From a bacterium (lineage in GTDB: Bacteria > JADJOY01), in assembly GCA_046331705.1 (NCBI GenBank), contig JAXLQJ010000040.1, positions 50,805 through 70,804 of the forward strand: a stretch of 20,000 nt of DNA, given 5' to 3'. A model generated the notes under the pieces. It searched no databases and had not been told where the DNA came from. It was given only the letters and a program-made list of their open reading frames with translations. Every line of letters starts with the position of its first letter. Positions within the stretch are counted from its first letter, which is position 1. Position numbers and translations under genes: made by a program. This document shows, in pieces, positions 17,505-20,000 of this stretch.

Positions 17505-19148
17505 TCATTCCGGCGTGTCGCGCGGCACGTCGAAGCGCGCGAAGAGCCGGCCCACCCACCACACGATCGGCATCGCCACCAGCGCGAACCCCACGCCGGC
17601 CCCCAGACCCGCACCGATCACGCTCGACCACACGTACCGGTACACCAGCAGCCCGAGCCCGCCGCCCACGCCACCCGCGACGAGGAGCGTCGGCATCTTG
17701 ATGAGCATGATCCCCATGCGGTCGAGCATCCGGAAGCCGCCGGTGTCCTTGAGCTCGAAGCGCTGCGGCATGAGCAGGAAGAGCGCGTTGTCGAGAGCGA
17801 TGTGGATGCCGTTGAACGGCACGATCGCGAGCGCCGCCGCTGCCCACCAGGCGCGGCTCACCAATCCCGAGGTCACGATCACGACTCCGAGCACGGCCAG
17901 ATGCGCGGCGCTGAACAGGACCACCGTGGGCACGAGCTGCCCCAAGGCGATGGCGCTGGGGTGAAGCGGCAGCGTCTTGAGCAGCGACATCCTGTCGAGA
18001 TCGCGCCGGAAATCGAACGGGAACTGCTGCGTCACGCTGAGCGTCGCGAACAGGATCACGCCCAGGGTGATCTTGCCCGCCGACGTGTCCGCGAGCGTCG
18101 CGTCGCCGCGCACCAACAGCACCGGTAGCAGCGCCGTGAGCACCATCACGCCCATCGCCGTCGCCAGGCCGCGGGCGTTGCGCATCGCCTCGGTGGCCTG
18201 CCGCCACGCGATCGGCCCCACGCCGCCGAGGCGCGGCGGCGCGGGCAGCCGCAAGCGCGTCGCGATGGGCGCGGCGCTCGTGTAGACGCCGCCTCCCGAA
18301 CGCATCCGCGCTGCGCGGGTCTCCATCTCCTGTTGAACGCGGACCGCTCCTTCCTCGAACGAGACGTCGAGCCCGAGCATCGCCGCGAGCATGGCGGCGA
18401 GGATCGCGACCGCCCCGACGAAGGCACGCGCGAAGGTGGCGAGATCCTGGGCCAGGAAGACCTCGACGAAGGGGCGCGTGGGTGCCGTCAGCGCGCGCGC
18501 GAGTGGCGTGTGCGAGAGCGCTTCCACGGTCTCGCGCACGCTCCGCCCGCCCGCGACCCGGCTGCCCGAGAACACGTTGATGGCGAGCAGCAACAGCAAC
18601 AGGAAGATCGGCGCCAGGTACGGGCTGCGGGTGCGCACCTTCACCGAGAGCGCGGAGAACGCCAGCACCGAGAGCTTCGCCACCCATTGCAGGAAGACGA
18701 TCGCCAGGTAGACGCCCACCACGCCGGCCCACGGGTTGGGCGCGTGGTGCGCCATGAAGAGCGTGAGCCACAGCGCCGAGAGCACGCCCACGCCGAGGCG
18801 CGCCACGATGTTGTAGAGCACCAGTTGACGGCGCGGGATCGGTGCCGGGAACAGGAAGTCGATCTCGGACGCGCGGAAGTGGAGGCCGTAGCCCACCGCG
18901 ACACCGAGCAGCGCGAGCAGCGCCAGCACCAGCGGACCCCACAGCCGATAGCCGGGCTCGAGCGCGCGCGCCGCCTCGAGACGCCACGGCGACACGAACT
19001 GCAGCACCTGCGGGCTCAAGATCGCCAGCAGCGCGATCCCGCTCAGCACCGAGAGCACGCGACGCCTGCGGCCGCGCGTGCGCCGCGCCAGGTGCCGGAG
19101 CTTCCGCCGCGGCCCGAGCCGCAGCAGGTAGAGCAGCCCCGGGTTCAC
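17505..19148 (-). CDS. Putative ABC exporter permease, multi-pass membrane protein (547 aa)
   Basis: GTG start overlaps the ATPase stop (GTGA 19148-19145). About 12 hydrophobic segments in two similar halves (SEIDFLFPAPIPRRQL; DLDRMSLLKTLPL). Confidence 0.82.
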   Translation of the reverse strand: MNPGLLYLLRLGPRRKLRHLARRTRGRRRRVLSVLSGIALLAILSPQVLQFVSPWRLEAARALEPGYRLWGPLVLALLALLGVAVGYGLHFRASEIDFLFPAPIPRRQLVLYNIVARLGVGVLSALWLTLFMAHHAPNPWAGVVGVYLAIVFLQWVAKLSVLAFSALSVKVRTRSPYLAPIFLLLLLLAINVFSGSRVAGGRSVRETVEALSHTPLARALTAPTRPFVEVFLAQDLATFARAFVGAVAILAAMLAAMLGLDVSFEEGAVRVQQEMETRAARMRSGGGVYTSAAPIATRLRLPAPPRLGGVGPIAWRQATEAMRNARGLATAMGVMVLTALLPVLLVRGDATLADTSAGKITLGVILFATLSVTQQFPFDFRRDLDRMSLLKTLPLHPSAIALGQLVPTVVLFSAAHLAVLGVVIVTSGLVSRAWWAAAALAIVPFNGIHIALDNALFLLMPQRFELKDTGGFRMLDRMGIMLIKMPTLLVAGGVGGGLGLLVYRYVWSSVIGAGLGAGVGFALVAMPIVWWVGRLFARFDVPRDTPE

Positions 19149-19903
19149 GATCCGCCGGGGGCCGGCGGCGAGCCCGCCGACGCTCGCTCGGTCGCGTGGA
19201 AGAAGATGTCCTCGAGAGTCGCGTCGCCGCGCAGCCCCTCGAGCTCCGCGAGGATCTCGTCGCGCGAGCCGAAGAAGAGCCGCTTGCCTTCGACGAGGAT
19301 GAGATACCGCGTGCACAGCGACTCGAGCTGCGCCAGCAGGTGCGAGCTCACGATCACTGCCGCGCCTGCGGCGGCTCGCTCGCGCAGCACGTCGTAGAGC
19401 GTGCGAATGCCACGCGGATCGAGGCCGGTCATCGGCTCGTCGAGGAGCAACGCGCGCGGATCGTGCAGCAGCGCGCACGCGGTCGCGACCTTCTGGCGCA
19501 TGCCGCGCGAGAGCTCGTCGGCGAGCGTGTCCGCGCGCTGCCCCAGATCGAAGCGCTCGAGCAGCTTCCGACCAGGCCCCTCCCAGTCGGTCACGCCGTA
19601 GACCTTGGCGGTGAACTCGAGGTGCTCCCAGATCGTGAGGCTCGGAAAGAGGTGCGGATCGTCGGGGATCCACGCGAGCTTGGCCTTGGCGGCGATGGGC
19701 TCGGCGACGAGGTCGCGGCCGTCGATCGAGAGCTGGCCGTGGGTCGGCGGCAAGATGCCCGCGATGGTGCGCAAGGTGGTGGTCTTGCCGGCGCCGTTCG
19801 GCCCCAGCAGGCCCAGCACCTCGCCGGGCTGCACGGTGAAGCTCAGGTCCGCGACCGCCACCCGGCGATCGTAGGTCTTGGTGAGGTGCTCGACGCGAAT
19901 CAT
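19145..19903 (-). CDS. ABC transporter ATP-binding protein (exporter type)
   Basis: Walker A GPNGAGKT, signature LSRGMRQK, Walker B/D-loop LLLDEPMTGLDP and H-loop SSH. Confidence 0.95.
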   Translation of the reverse strand: MIRVEHLTKTYDRRVAVADLSFTVQPGEVLGLLGPNGAGKTTTLRTIAGILPPTHGQLSIDGRDLVAEPIAAKAKLAWIPDDPHLFPSLTIWEHLEFTAKVYGVTDWEGPGRKLLERFDLGQRADTLADELSRGMRQKVATACALLHDPRALLLDEPMTGLDPRGIRTLYDVLRERAAAGAAVIVSSHLLAQLESLCTRYLILVEGKRLFFGSRDEILAELEGLRGDATLEDIFFHATERASAGSPPAPGGS

Positions 19904-19991
19904 GGACGGCGGCGAGCATAGCCGCGCGCGGGCGCGGCGCGCAGGTCACGCATCCGCGTTGCTCGCCGCCGGCGCGACTGCATCGAGGACC

Positions 19992-20000
19992 ATGAGCTTC
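19992..20000 (+). CDS. Possible start of a divergent gene truncated by the window edge
   Basis: GAGGACC-ATG AGC TTC. Only three codons are visible. Confidence 0.25.

Overview
High-GC (roughly 70% by eye), gene-dense bacterial DNA from a diderm, as it encodes an outer-membrane beta-barrel and a lipoprotein. The gene content suggests Myxococcota or a related lineage, but that is inference. The backbone is a mevalonate (MVA) pathway gene set on the + strand in the order fni, mvaA, mvaK1, mvaD, mvaK2; no HMG-CoA synthase or thiolase lies in the window. Opposite-strand blocks split this set into three pieces. The first block is a five-gene electron-transfer operon: porin, small monoheme cytochrome c, second monoheme cytochrome c, Tat Rieske protein and a cytochrome b/cytochrome c fusion. 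It is the best candidate for an undescribed system, an outer-membrane-to-quinone-pool electron conduit. The second block encodes a GH50/agarase-like lipoprotein and a membrane protein. A DHCR24/sterol-reductase-like FAD oxidoreductase directly follows mvaD. The flanks carry a hypothetical protein, a HAD hydrolase, a DHH phosphoesterase with a structured leader, a secreted protein and an ABC exporter pair. No rRNA, tRNA, CRISPR array or transposase was recognised.
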